Assembly: GCA_965649295.1 (NCBI GenBank)
Contig: CBFGKH010000011.1
Span: 10,748-74,747 of the forward strand
Source: a candidate division WOR-3 bacterium
GTDB taxonomy: Bacteria; Hydrothermota; Tepidihabitantia; Tepidihabitantales; Tepidihabitantaceae
Length of the DNA: 64,000 nt
Reading direction: 5' to 3'
Shown here: positions 9,906-19,011 of the stretch, piece by piece
How the letters are laid out: each line of letters begins with the position of its first letter
How positions within the stretch are numbered: the stretch's first letter is position 1
The notes under the pieces: generated by a model
What the model was told of the DNA's origin: nothing
Databases searched by the model: none
What the model saw: only the letters and a program-made list of their open reading frames with translations
Position numbers and translations under genes: made by a program

Positions 9906-10496
9906 CTATTTGTAGTTACGAAGCAGTCCAACGACGACGCCGATGATGCGGAAGTCTGCCTGGTCCGGCCGGATAACAATCGGCTCGAAACTAGGATTAG
10001 CCGGACTCAGGACAATTGCGTCGTGGTCAGACTGGAAGTATTTTACGGTAGCTTCGTTATCAATGAGTGCGGCGACGATATCGCCATTTTGGGCAGTGGC
10101 TTGGGGTCGGACGATGACCATATCGCCGTCGATTATGCCAGCGCCGGTCATGCTTTCGCCCTTCACACGGAGAAGAAAACAGCCGCGAAAGCGGTTGAGC
10201 GAGACTTGGGCTTCGACATTCTCAATGGCGAGGATGGGCGAGCCAGCAGCAATCCGACCGATGAGGGGCAGGGTTTCGGGCTGGTGCGCGATATGAAGTG
10301 AGCGGGCCTTGTTGGCCGAGCGGCCGAGCAGACCCTGCTCGACAAGGATGTCCAAATGATACTTCACCGCTTTGGTGCTACTGATGCCGACCGCCTCGCC
10401 AATTTCGCGGACACTCGGGGCAAAACCTTGTTCCTCGGTATACTGCCGGACAAACTCAAGGATGCGATTCCGCCGGTCGTTATCTTTAGTAAACAT
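9906..10496 (-). CDS. lexA: LexA repressor
   Basis: N-terminal wHTH (PSVREIG), Ala-Gly cleavage site (IAAG), catalytic Ser (GESM) and Lys (TVK). Confidence 0.95.
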   Translation of the reverse strand: MFTKDNDRRNRILEFVRQYTEEQGFAPSVREIGEAVGISSTKAVKYHLDILVEQGLLGRSANKARSLHIAHQPETLPLIGRIAAGSPILAIENVEAQVSLNRFRGCFLLRVKGESMTGAGIIDGDMVIVRPQATAQNGDIVAALIDNEATVKYFQSDHDAIVLSPANPSFEPIVIRPDQADFRIIGVVVGLLRNYK

Positions 10497-10533
10497 TTGT
10501 TTACATAGTAGCTGGTTGGGAATGTGTTGTCAA
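10489..10533 (-). promoter_or_regulatory. Sigma70-type lexA promoter with overlapping palindromic operator
   Basis: TTGACA (10533-10528), 17 nt spacer, TACTAT (10510-10505); palindrome GTAAAC-ATTT-GTTTAC at 10489-10504 spans the start codon. Confidence 0.75.
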
Positions 10534-10566
10534 CTATGGGCGTTACTGGTTATAAATAATAAGAGG

Positions 10567-10599
10567 ACGCGGGGCGGCAGAGCCGCCCCGCGCTATTTT
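10567..10599. terminator. Terminator hairpin after the DUF35/thiolase operon
   Basis: GCGGGGCGGC-AGA-GCCGCCCCGC stem. Confidence 0.65.
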
Positions 10600-10611
10600 C
10601 GCTAGTTTTGT

Positions 10612-11082
10612 CTAAGCTGGACGGAAAGCGATAATATCGGTTATCGCGCCTTCGCGCTTGGCTGCCGGTTTGAGAGCCGCTTTGACTTTCATGCCGATTA
10701 CTAACTTTTCCTTTGGTACTTCAAGACGGTGGATAAGAGAAGTAGTGGCGCCTTCGAGTTGAATAAGGCCAACAAGTTGTGGTTTAGCGAGCGGTTCACC
10801 GTCGAGGCCGACGAAGACTTCGGTCCATGATTCAACCGTGCCCACGCCGGGCAGTTCGACCCAATCGTCGAGTCCAGCAAGGCATTTCTCGCAGTAGAGT
10901 CGGGCCGGTACGTAGACTTCGTTGCAGCGCTGGCAGCGAGTGGCGAGGAACTGGCCTTTATCGCGGAGGGCCTTGAGGAACCGGTCGCCAGCAACGCCGG
11001 CGGTGTAGAGACTCTGGACCGGTAGTTCACCAGGCCAGGTTGCAGCCTGGTCGGGCATGGTCAATCTTTCCTTCAGTGCCAT
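10612..11082 (-). CDS. DUF35 Zn-ribbon/OB-fold protein
   Basis: CQRC...PARLYCEKC Zn ribbon, G.VESWT, and IGMKVKA...REGAITDI C-terminus. Confidence 0.88.
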   Translation of the reverse strand: MALKERLTMPDQAATWPGELPVQSLYTAGVAGDRFLKALRDKGQFLATRCQRCNEVYVPARLYCEKCLAGLDDWVELPGVGTVESWTEVFVGLDGEPLAKPQLVGLIQLEGATTSLIHRLEVPKEKLVIGMKVKAALKPAAKREGAITDIIAFRPA

Positions 11083-11645
11083 TAGTCCTCCTCGATTGGT
11101 TGCCAGTAGCGGATGTCGGTTATCGCGCCCTCGCGTTCTTCGGCTGGCTTCCAGACCGCTTTGACTCGCATACCACGTCGGACGCGGGCCGGGTCGATTC
11201 CGCCGATTAGGTGCATGATGCCCATTCCCGGAGATGCGCCGTCAATCTCGATGACGGCCGGTATCTGCGGTTCTTTGACGCGCCGCACATCCCAAGTGAT
11301 GTAGCAGAGGGAAAAGGTGTTGATGGTACCGGTGTCCTTGACTTCCACCCAGCCGTCAGTCGGTCGGAAGCAGAGTTCACAGAATGCGCGGGGCGGTATC
11401 ATTATCCGGTTACAGGTGTGGCACCGCACAGCCAGGATCTTACCCTGTTTGAGTCCGGCCAGGTAGCGGCCGATGGCGACGCCGCGATCATGGGCGTAGC
11501 GGGCATCAGCCTTCCAGAAGGTGGTGCAGACCTTGCCGGAGCGGAAGTCTTCGTCGGAAAGACCGATGGCGACAGCGTTGTACGGTGGTGCGGCAGGGGC
11601 CGGCGGTTGCTGTTTCTTTGTCGGGACTGGTTTGCGGGGCATCAT
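11082..11645 (-). CDS. DUF35 Zn-ribbon/OB-fold protein (paralogue)
   Basis: CHTC...PPRAFCELC, GTINTFS and GMRVKAVW...REGAITDI. Confidence 0.88.
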   Translation of the reverse strand: MMPRKPVPTKKQQPPAPAAPPYNAVAIGLSDEDFRSGKVCTTFWKADARYAHDRGVAIGRYLAGLKQGKILAVRCHTCNRIMIPPRAFCELCFRPTDGWVEVKDTGTINTFSLCYITWDVRRVKEPQIPAVIEIDGASPGMGIMHLIGGIDPARVRRGMRVKAVWKPAEEREGAITDIRYWQPIEED

Positions 11646-11651
11646 TACCTC

Positions 11652-12812
11652 CTAGATTCCGAGTACAACGACTGTGCCGACTTGCATCAAGTCTCCCCAA
11701 GCCTGGGCCACGCCGCGCTTGGCCTTACGGGCAATTTGGCGTTTACCAGCTTCACCGCGAAGCTGCCAGAAGAGCTCGGCGACCTTCATCAGGCCGGCGG
11801 CCGCAATCGGATTACCGACCCCGAGCAGGCCACCAGAAGGACAGACTGGGAGCTCGCCGTCGCGGGCGGTGACACCGTCAGCGGTAAGCTGGGGTGCTTC
11901 GCCGCGACCGCAGAGCATGAGTCCTTCCATGTGATGCAGTTCCTTGTAGTCGAATGGGTCGTACGGCTCGGCAACGTGAATCTGATGGCGGGGGTCGGTA
12001 ATACCGGCCATCTTGTAAGCCATCCGGGCTGCTTCCTCGACATAACGCGGATAGCAGAGGTCACGATTTGTCCAGTAGGCAGTGTCGAGCGCCCAGCCGA
12101 CACCTTCGATCCAGACAGGCTTGTCGGTGTAGCGTCGGGCAACCGATTCACTGGCGAGAATCACAGCCACAGCGCCATCTGATACCGGGCTGACGTCAAG
12201 GCGTTGCACAGGCCAGGCAAGAGTTTCGGACTTGAGGATGTCGTCAATGGTGACCGGGCTGGCAATCTGGGCGGCTGGATGGTCAAGGGCGTTGTTCTTG
12301 TTCTTGACCGCAACGCGGGCGATGTCTTCCTTGCGCAGACCGTAGGTCGTCATATAGCGATTCATTTCAAGGGCGAATATCCAGAGCAAGTTTGGTTTGA
12401 GGGGCCGCTCGGTTGTGTGATCGAAGATCGTGAGGAATGCGGCCTGGGCATGGGGCTGGAAGGTTGACATCTTCTCTTCGCAGACGACGAGACAGGTGTC
12501 GAACATTCCGGAGGCGACATGGTACCAGCCGTGAGCGACTGCAAAGACACCGGTTCCACCGCCGACAAAGGATCGAGTGTAGGGTTTTCCCCAGCAGCCA
12601 GCACCGTCGGAGAGGTATTCACCTTTCATATGGACACCGTCGAAGGTGTCAGGAGCAGTGCCGAGCGCAACGCAATCAATCTGGTCCATTGTCATTCCGC
12701 AGGACTCGAGTGCGGCGCTCGACGCGCGCCAGGCCAGTTCTTTGCCGGTTTCAAGAGCGCGACGCACGAACTTGGTCATGCCGACGCCAACTATCGCAAC
12801 TCTGTTTCCCAT
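11652..12812 (-). CDS. SCP2/Ltp-type thiolase-fold protein lacking the nucleophilic Cys
   Basis: RVAIVGVGMTKF, VSDGAVAVILASE, LPVCPSGGLLGVGNP; the usual ACASG position reads VGGGTG. Confidence 0.85.
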   Translation of the reverse strand: MGNRVAIVGVGMTKFVRRALETGKELAWRASSAALESCGMTMDQIDCVALGTAPDTFDGVHMKGEYLSDGAGCWGKPYTRSFVGGGTGVFAVAHGWYHVASGMFDTCLVVCEEKMSTFQPHAQAAFLTIFDHTTERPLKPNLLWIFALEMNRYMTTYGLRKEDIARVAVKNKNNALDHPAAQIASPVTIDDILKSETLAWPVQRLDVSPVSDGAVAVILASESVARRYTDKPVWIEGVGWALDTAYWTNRDLCYPRYVEEAARMAYKMAGITDPRHQIHVAEPYDPFDYKELHHMEGLMLCGRGEAPQLTADGVTARDGELPVCPSGGLLGVGNPIAAAGLMKVAELFWQLRGEAGKRQIARKAKRGVAQAWGDLMQVGTVVVLGI

Positions 12813-12823
12813 CTCTTGCCTCC

Positions 12824-13975
12824 TTACGCCCGAAGCACCGCGACGGCCGCACTGGCTGTTGGCACTCCGCGCCAGCTTTGGACGACAGCCGTACCCGGTT
12901 CGTCAAGTTGTAAGTGACCGGCGGTGCCGCGGAGCTGTTGTACAGCCATTGCCATGCGCAGCAGGCCGGTTGCTTCGTACATGTAGCCCATGCCGAGCGC
13001 GCCGCCAGAGGGGTTGACCGGCAGGGAGCCGTGGATTGAAGTGCGGCCCTGTTCGGTCCAGCTGCCAGCCTCGGTTGCAGTGCAGAAGCCTAGCGCAGCG
13101 AGGTGCTGGAGTTCCTTATAGCTGTAGGTATCGTCAATTTCGGCAAAGTCGATCTGGTCGGCTGGCGATTGAACACCAGCAGCGCGGTAGGCATGGGCAG
13201 CCGCCTTGCTGACGTATTCGGGAGTTGACCAGTTGCGTGATTCAAGGTTGGGCGAGCCGTTGCACCAACCGATGCCATCAAGCCACACTGGTCTGCCGGC
13301 TAGGCTGCGGGCGCGGGATTCGGTGGCGAGGATAAGAACTACCGCGCCATCAACCGGCTGGGCGACATCGAGCTCGCTGAGCGGCCATGACACGGCTCTG
13401 GCAGTCTTGAAATCGGCGTCACTGAGCAGCGCGGCTTGTCCGGCGAAGGGGTTGGCGAGGGCGTTGCTGCGGTTCTTGGTGACTACTGCCTGGCACTGAC
13501 AAAGGTCGATTGCGGCGTCCCGGCAGAAGCGGTTCATCTCGAGGCCGGCGACGAAGTGGGTGTTCAGAGCAAGCGGCCGTATGAAGACAGGATCTTGAGC
13601 GCAGGCGTGGATGCCATCCGGGGTCAGCATGTTCGATGCCTTGGAATGCGCTTCGACAAGCGCTGTTTCGAATTGGCCGGTGGCGAGCTGCATGAAGGCA
13701 GCGGCGACGCCATGGAGTCCATCACCAGTGATGGTGTGCATCTGGCGCAATGCCGCCCCAAGTTGGTCGGGAACGTATTCATCAAAGATGCTCACGCCTT
13801 CGATGTAGTCTTCGGCGCAGGTAACAAAGGTGTCGATGTCCTTACGCGGATTGAGACCGGCATCGGCGCAGGCCTTAGTTGCCGCCTCGAACATCAGTTC
13901 TTTGTAGGATACGTCGGGTGTTATCGACCGTAGCTGGGTTAGGCCGACGCCGACGATAGCGACTCTCTCAGCCAT
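12824..13975 (-). CDS. SCP2/Ltp-type thiolase-fold protein lacking the nucleophilic Cys (second subunit)
   Basis: Start MAERVAIVGVG after GGAGG; VDGAVVLILATE, LPVNPSGGALG; ITGDG at the Cys position. Confidence 0.85.
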   Translation of the reverse strand: MAERVAIVGVGLTQLRSITPDVSYKELMFEAATKACADAGLNPRKDIDTFVTCAEDYIEGVSIFDEYVPDQLGAALRQMHTITGDGLHGVAAAFMQLATGQFETALVEAHSKASNMLTPDGIHACAQDPVFIRPLALNTHFVAGLEMNRFCRDAAIDLCQCQAVVTKNRSNALANPFAGQAALLSDADFKTARAVSWPLSELDVAQPVDGAVVLILATESRARSLAGRPVWLDGIGWCNGSPNLESRNWSTPEYVSKAAAHAYRAAGVQSPADQIDFAEIDDTYSYKELQHLAALGFCTATEAGSWTEQGRTSIHGSLPVNPSGGALGMGYMYEATGLLRMAMAVQQLRGTAGHLQLDEPGTAVVQSWRGVPTASAAVAVLRA

Positions 13976-14178
13976 TGCACCTCCAATTAGCATGGACAGT
14001 CTACTTGGGTTTTGGGCATGAATCCTTCTGGCTCTGCCAGGGAGTCATTGCAAACTGATGAGAACATAGCGTGATTGTCATTGCTGTCAACCATAGGACA
14101 GAGGACGGACTAGTGGCGCGGTGAGGTGTCCTGCGCAAGATTGGGATTGTTCCGACCGGCTCGGCATTTGGTCAGTGG

Positions 14179-16461
14179 TCAGATTGACGAAGGTGGTCGT
14201 TTCGCTGGTCCAGACTTGGGCAAGGTGAAGTAAAAGGTGCTGCCGCGTCCGTATTCAGACTCGACGCGAATCGTTCCGCCGTGTTCGGTAATGATGCTCT
14301 TGCAGATTGACAGACCAAGACCGGTGCCGGTGACGTCGGGGGTCGCTTCCCGATTGACGCGTTGGAAGCGACGGAATAGCTTGGGGATATCCTCGGGTCG
14401 AATGCCGATTCCCTGGTCGCTCACTGCGACCTCGATCTTGTCCCCGATGTCTCTTCCCCAGACGCGCACCCTGCCGCCATTTGGCGAGTACTTGATGGCA
14501 TTGCTCAGGAGATTAGCGACGACGCGTTCAATGCGGTTAGCGTCAGCTTGGACGTGCGGTAGATCAGCAGGTAGCTCGTTGACCAGCTCATGATTGGGGT
14601 ACTGCCGGGAGAGCAGACCAATTACCGAGTCAACGATGGCACGCAGATCGGTGTCGGTCAACTGTAGTTCAAATCGGCCGGCTTCGATGCGAGATATGGT
14701 CAGAAAGTCTTCGACAAGACCGGCCATCCGGCGTCCCTCGTTGATTATGATCCGTAGAAACTCTTCTCGGTCACTAGGCGACGTGGATGCGTCCTGAAGG
14801 AGTTCGGCAAAGCCAATGATGGCGCTAAGCGGTGTCCGCAGTTCATGTGAAACTAGCGATATCATATCGGTCTTTAGTTCGTCAATCTGCTTCTCCTGTG
14901 AGACATCGTGAAGCACGACGACGCAGCCGCGGATGCGTTCGTGTTCGTCGTATAGCGGCGACGCAGTGTAGCTGACCGGTAGCCGATCGCCACTCTTGGT
15001 CTGGATGTAGGTATTCAAATCGCGACGCGCAATCGGTCGACGTTCAGCAAAAGCTCTCAGCGCAGGGCAATCAGTTGAGCAGATATCAGGTTTATCGGTT
15101 GAACCGGTCCAAAGGATTGACGCGCAGTGTCGGCCGATGGTCTCCTCGGCTGGGTAGCCAGTCATCGCTTCGGCAGCCCGGTTCCACAGCACGATTCGTC
15201 GTTCGGTGTCAATGACCATCAGCCCTTCGCCGAGCGCGGAGATGATGGCTTGGAGCGAGTCTTTCTCACGGGCGAGCTCGGCGGTTGCGGTTCGTACTCG
15301 ATTCTCGAGACTGCGGTAGGATTCAGCCAAGCGTTCGGCCATGCGATTGAAGTCGGCAGCCAGTGTTTCGATTTCGTCTCCGGTCTTGAGGTGGATACGA
15401 GCATCGAGCTTGCCAGTACCGATGGCATGGGCGTTGTCTCGAAGTTCACGCAGCGGGCGGGTGATACCTGACGATAGCGTTGTGCCGACTACGATGACGA
15501 GAACGGCGGTCAGCAGGATGAGTAATACGGCATTGCGACCGAAGCGGTGGGTGGGAGCCAGAATATCGGCCTGGTTGCGTTCGACCCAGACTGACCATCC
15601 CTGAGGAGTCGTGTCGTTCGGGATTGATCGGCGCGTACTGGGGACAAGAGCAATACCTGCCACCACCGATTTGCCGGTCAGGCCTGGGCCGGTGTGACTC
15701 GTTGGGTGATAGGGGGCAAGAATGTCTGTGATGCGGCTGCGGTCAAGGCGGCTGTCGCTGGGACCAACAAGAATGTCACCGCTGGCAGTCAGTAAGGCTG
15801 CAGCTCCCCCGCTGTTGAAGGCGGCGTCGTCGAGCATCTCGATGACATCGGTAAAGTCGAAGCGACCAAGCATGGCACCGACCGGACGAAGCGTCAGTTG
15901 ATCGAGAACCGGTACCGCAATTTCGACTTCGACTCCGGTTGCGGTCGCGGTCGGCCGACCGATATAAACTGTACCACGTCCCCCCTGGAGCACTGATTTG
16001 AACCATTGTTCGTTTGCACACTCGGTTGTGGATAGTCCGCCAATAGCCCCGACGACCGAACCAAGTGTATCGCAGACAATGACACCACGGAAGCTGCGCA
16101 GCGGTGGGACATTGGCAGACCGCAGGTGGGTAGTAACGGGTGAGTCCGCGATCTCACGCATTCTTGTTTCCAGGCTGGTGGTTCTGGCTGTTGGTTGTGT
16201 CCGGGCGAGGAGTGGCGCAATCTCAGAACTTACTTCGTCAATGGTGCGCAGTGCCCGGCGCAGACGGTCATTCGTGGATAAGGCGATACGTTCAGCAGAG
16301 TCGGCTAATTCCTGGCTGGCTGTCCAGAGTGCAGTTCTTGCCATCATCCAGTGGCCAATGACCGCCATCAGCCCAGCCGGTAGCATTCCAAAGGCAAGCA
16401 GCGAGGCGAGGATGCGCGTCTGGATGCCAAAACGGGTGCGCGGCTGGTGGATGGACTTCAC
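14179..16461 (-). CDS. Membrane sensor histidine kinase (extracytoplasmic Cache-like, HAMP, PAS, HisKA, HATPase)
   Basis: Two TM segments; GDEIETLAADFNRM (HAMP); WNRAAE (PAS); SHELRTPL; NLLSNAIKYS; DQGIG; GTGLGL. Confidence 0.92.
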   Translation of the reverse strand: MKSIHQPRTRFGIQTRILASLLAFGMLPAGLMAVIGHWMMARTALWTASQELADSAERIALSTNDRLRRALRTIDEVSSEIAPLLARTQPTARTTSLETRMREIADSPVTTHLRSANVPPLRSFRGVIVCDTLGSVVGAIGGLSTTECANEQWFKSVLQGGRGTVYIGRPTATATGVEVEIAVPVLDQLTLRPVGAMLGRFDFTDVIEMLDDAAFNSGGAAALLTASGDILVGPSDSRLDRSRITDILAPYHPTSHTGPGLTGKSVVAGIALVPSTRRSIPNDTTPQGWSVWVERNQADILAPTHRFGRNAVLLILLTAVLVIVVGTTLSSGITRPLRELRDNAHAIGTGKLDARIHLKTGDEIETLAADFNRMAERLAESYRSLENRVRTATAELAREKDSLQAIISALGEGLMVIDTERRIVLWNRAAEAMTGYPAEETIGRHCASILWTGSTDKPDICSTDCPALRAFAERRPIARRDLNTYIQTKSGDRLPVSYTASPLYDEHERIRGCVVVLHDVSQEKQIDELKTDMISLVSHELRTPLSAIIGFAELLQDASTSPSDREEFLRIIINEGRRMAGLVEDFLTISRIEAGRFELQLTDTDLRAIVDSVIGLLSRQYPNHELVNELPADLPHVQADANRIERVVANLLSNAIKYSPNGGRVRVWGRDIGDKIEVAVSDQGIGIRPEDIPKLFRRFQRVNREATPDVTGTGLGLSICKSIITEHGGTIRVESEYGRGSTFYFTLPKSGPAKRPPSSI

Positions 16462-16649
16462 GCATCGGTTATAGCGTCAGGCGCTGTTATGTCAAGCGGT
16501 GGACCGATGAAGCTCAGTATGTTTGACAGCAGCGGTAGCGGGCCTACAATTTAGTCATACTGGTGACTCTCCCGGAATCGGCGTCGCGGGTTCTATTGCC
16601 GGACGGGTCAGCCCCATTTCGGAAAGCGATAACTTAGACTGGAGGACCG

Positions 16650-18896
16650 ATGAGTGTTCACCCATCCTTGCGGATGGCCATAGGCATCTTGCTATTCAGC
16701 AGCAGCGCGTTGGCCGGCAAGATGATTGTTCGTGTCAACGCCCGGAGCTATGATGAGTTGCGTCGGGCGATTGACTTCAAAGGTACGACGATTGAAATCG
16801 TCGGGGCGCAGACTGGTGAGTCGTACGACTTGATGCTTGAACGAGGCGACTATGGACAGGTCGCTGGCAGCGGATTGTTAGTAACCGTGATCTGTGACGA
16901 CACGGACACGCGCAAATCGGAAATCGCGCATGATGGGCAGTATCAGTCCTATGACGAGCTGAAAACGGTTATGCGCAACTGGGCTGCCAACTATCCGGAG
17001 ATTGTCAGGATTGACAGCATTGGGCCGACGCATGAGGGTCGGTACATCTACATGGTCAAGATCAGTGATAACCCGAATGTCGATGAAGACGAGCCCGAAG
17101 TCCTTCTTGACGCCCAGCATCACTCACGAGAGTGGGCGGCTGGCCAGGCGGCCCGGCACTTTGCCGACACACTGATAACCAACTACACTACTAATCAGGC
17201 GTTTCGTGATTTCGTTGACAATCATGAAGTCTGGGTAATTCCGATTGTCAACGTTGATGGCTTTGTCTATGACTATCCGGCACAGCGTTACTGGCGTAAG
17301 AATCGGCAGCCGTTCGGCAGTTCGACTGGTTGCGATCCCAATCGTGACTACAATGGTTGCTGTAACGGTGACCGGATGGGTGACTGGGGTTCGCTGGTTC
17401 CCGGATCGCGGACGTCGCACCGGCCGAGCGACGAAACCTGGTTCGGTGCGCGTGGAGCATGGGGATTGGAGGTGAACGCGCTTGCTGAGTTCTTCAAACA
17501 GCGGACGTTCGTTGCCAATGTCTCGCTTCATTCCTATTCCGAGCTTGTGCTCTGGCCTTATGGTTACGGACCGCAGATTCCCGATAACGCGTTTATTGCC
17601 AGCTTGGGTACGCGCGCCGCAGCTCAGATGTCCACGCTCGGCGGTGGAACATACGAGCCGGGACAGAGCGTGACGCTGTATCCGAATGCCTGCGGGTCCT
17701 GCGACTGGATGTACGGCTGGGCTCACTACGTTGGCGGGTTTCCGTGCATGTCGTATGTTTTCGAGCTTGGCACCGATTTCTATCAGCCCACCGGCGAGCT
17801 TGATGCCATCGAACGAGAGTGTTTTGATGGGCTGTGGTTCATATTCAGTCGTGCTGATTCGATTCGGCACACATTGCAGGGCATGGTGCCGCGACCAATC
17901 TTAGCGCCGATTGATACCTCGGCATCGGGTGATTTCCGTCTGCACTGGACTCCGATTCGACCGGAGTATAACCGTCCTGACGGTTGGGATGTTGAAGAAC
18001 TGTCTGGTCTCACGGTTGGCGAAGACGGTTTTGAAGCTGGGCTTGGTCGCTGGGTGGCGCAGGGCGCAACTGCTTCCACTACTCAGAAGCATACTGGCAG
18101 CTACAGCGCTTATCTCGGCACCGGCAACAACATTTCGAACTTCATCATGACGGTTGACCCTTACCCGGTTCAGCCGGGTGATAGCCTGATCTACTGGATT
18201 TGGTATAACGTTGAGAGCAACTACGACGTAACAATTGCGGAGGTTTCGCTTGAGGGTAAGGAGTGGATTCAACTCCATGACCGTTTCACCGGCAATTCAA
18301 ATGGGTGGCTGCGTAAGGCTTGGTCACTTGAACCGTGGGTCGGTAAGTCGGTCTATGTCCGCTTCCGTTACATGACGGACGATGGAACTACGAATGCCGG
18401 AGTTTACATCGATGACGTTCGACCCGTGCCTGCTTTCGCAAGCCGGACAGTCATCGCGACTGGGTTGACTGACACAATCTGCGATGTGGTCGGTAAAACA
18501 CCGGGCCAGTACTGGTATCGGGTCCGGGGACACAACGTGGCGTGGGGCTATGGAGACTGGGGTCCGCTGGAAGACGTCGTCGTTAGTGGAACAGGGGTGA
18601 CCCAGGACCTGGAGAAGACTCGTTTGCCTTGCGAATTGCATGCTGTGCCTAATCCGGCTTCGGGGCGGGCGCTGGTGCGTTTTGTCTTACCGCGCGCTGG
18701 TAGGGCAACAGTAGCAGTTGCCGATGCAAGTGGTCGAGTGGTGAGGGCACTGGCAGCCGGTCAGTTGCCAGCCGGCGAGTTCAGCCTTGTCTGGGACGGT
18801 CGTGATGATCAGGGCAAGGAAGTTCCGGCTGGTCTATACTACGTGAGACTGAGCGGTATTGCGACGGCGACAGCGCGACTGGCCATCATCCGCTAG
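16650..18896 (+). CDS. Secreted M14 zinc carboxypeptidase with FlgD/T9SS-like C-terminal domain
   Basis: Signal peptide; HHSREW, WRKNR, DPNRDY, HSYSE and FELG motifs; C-terminal PNP...DASGRVV...WDGRD..G..VPAGLYYVRL. Confidence 0.9.
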   Translation: MSVHPSLRMAIGILLFSSSALAGKMIVRVNARSYDELRRAIDFKGTTIEIVGAQTGESYDLMLERGDYGQVAGSGLLVTVICDDTDTRKSEIAHDGQYQSYDELKTVMRNWAANYPEIVRIDSIGPTHEGRYIYMVKISDNPNVDEDEPEVLLDAQHHSREWAAGQAARHFADTLITNYTTNQAFRDFVDNHEVWVIPIVNVDGFVYDYPAQRYWRKNRQPFGSSTGCDPNRDYNGCCNGDRMGDWGSLVPGSRTSHRPSDETWFGARGAWGLEVNALAEFFKQRTFVANVSLHSYSELVLWPYGYGPQIPDNAFIASLGTRAAAQMSTLGGGTYEPGQSVTLYPNACGSCDWMYGWAHYVGGFPCMSYVFELGTDFYQPTGELDAIERECFDGLWFIFSRADSIRHTLQGMVPRPILAPIDTSASGDFRLHWTPIRPEYNRPDGWDVEELSGLTVGEDGFEAGLGRWVAQGATASTTQKHTGSYSAYLGTGNNISNFIMTVDPYPVQPGDSLIYWIWYNVESNYDVTIAEVSLEGKEWIQLHDRFTGNSNGWLRKAWSLEPWVGKSVYVRFRYMTDDGTTNAGVYIDDVRPVPAFASRTVIATGLTDTICDVVGKTPGQYWYRVRGHNVAWGYGDWGPLEDVVVSGTGVTQDLEKTRLPCELHAVPNPASGRALVRFVLPRAGRATVAVADASGRVVRALAAGQLPAGEFSLVWDGRDDQGKEVPAGLYYVRLSGIATATARLAIIR

Positions 18897-18919
18897 CGGT
18901 TTCGAATTCGTCTGCTGAC

Positions 18920-18953
18920 GGGAGGCGCTTGTAGCGCCTCCCTTTCTTTTCTT
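18920..18953 (+). terminator. Intrinsic terminator
   Basis: GGGAGGCGCT-TGT-AGCGCCTCCC followed by TTTCTTTT. Confidence 0.8.
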
Positions 18954-19011
18954 GAGAACATGAATAGCGCGGCGGGCTTGCTCGGGCCACGTTTCCGAAT
19001 AGGCTTGTCAC

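Noticed and set aside
11211..12182. 323-aa plus-strand ORF and other long antisense ORFs (e.g. 46646-47836, 61756-62550)
   Set aside because: Shadows of well-supported genes on the opposite strand; expected from GC-rich codon bias
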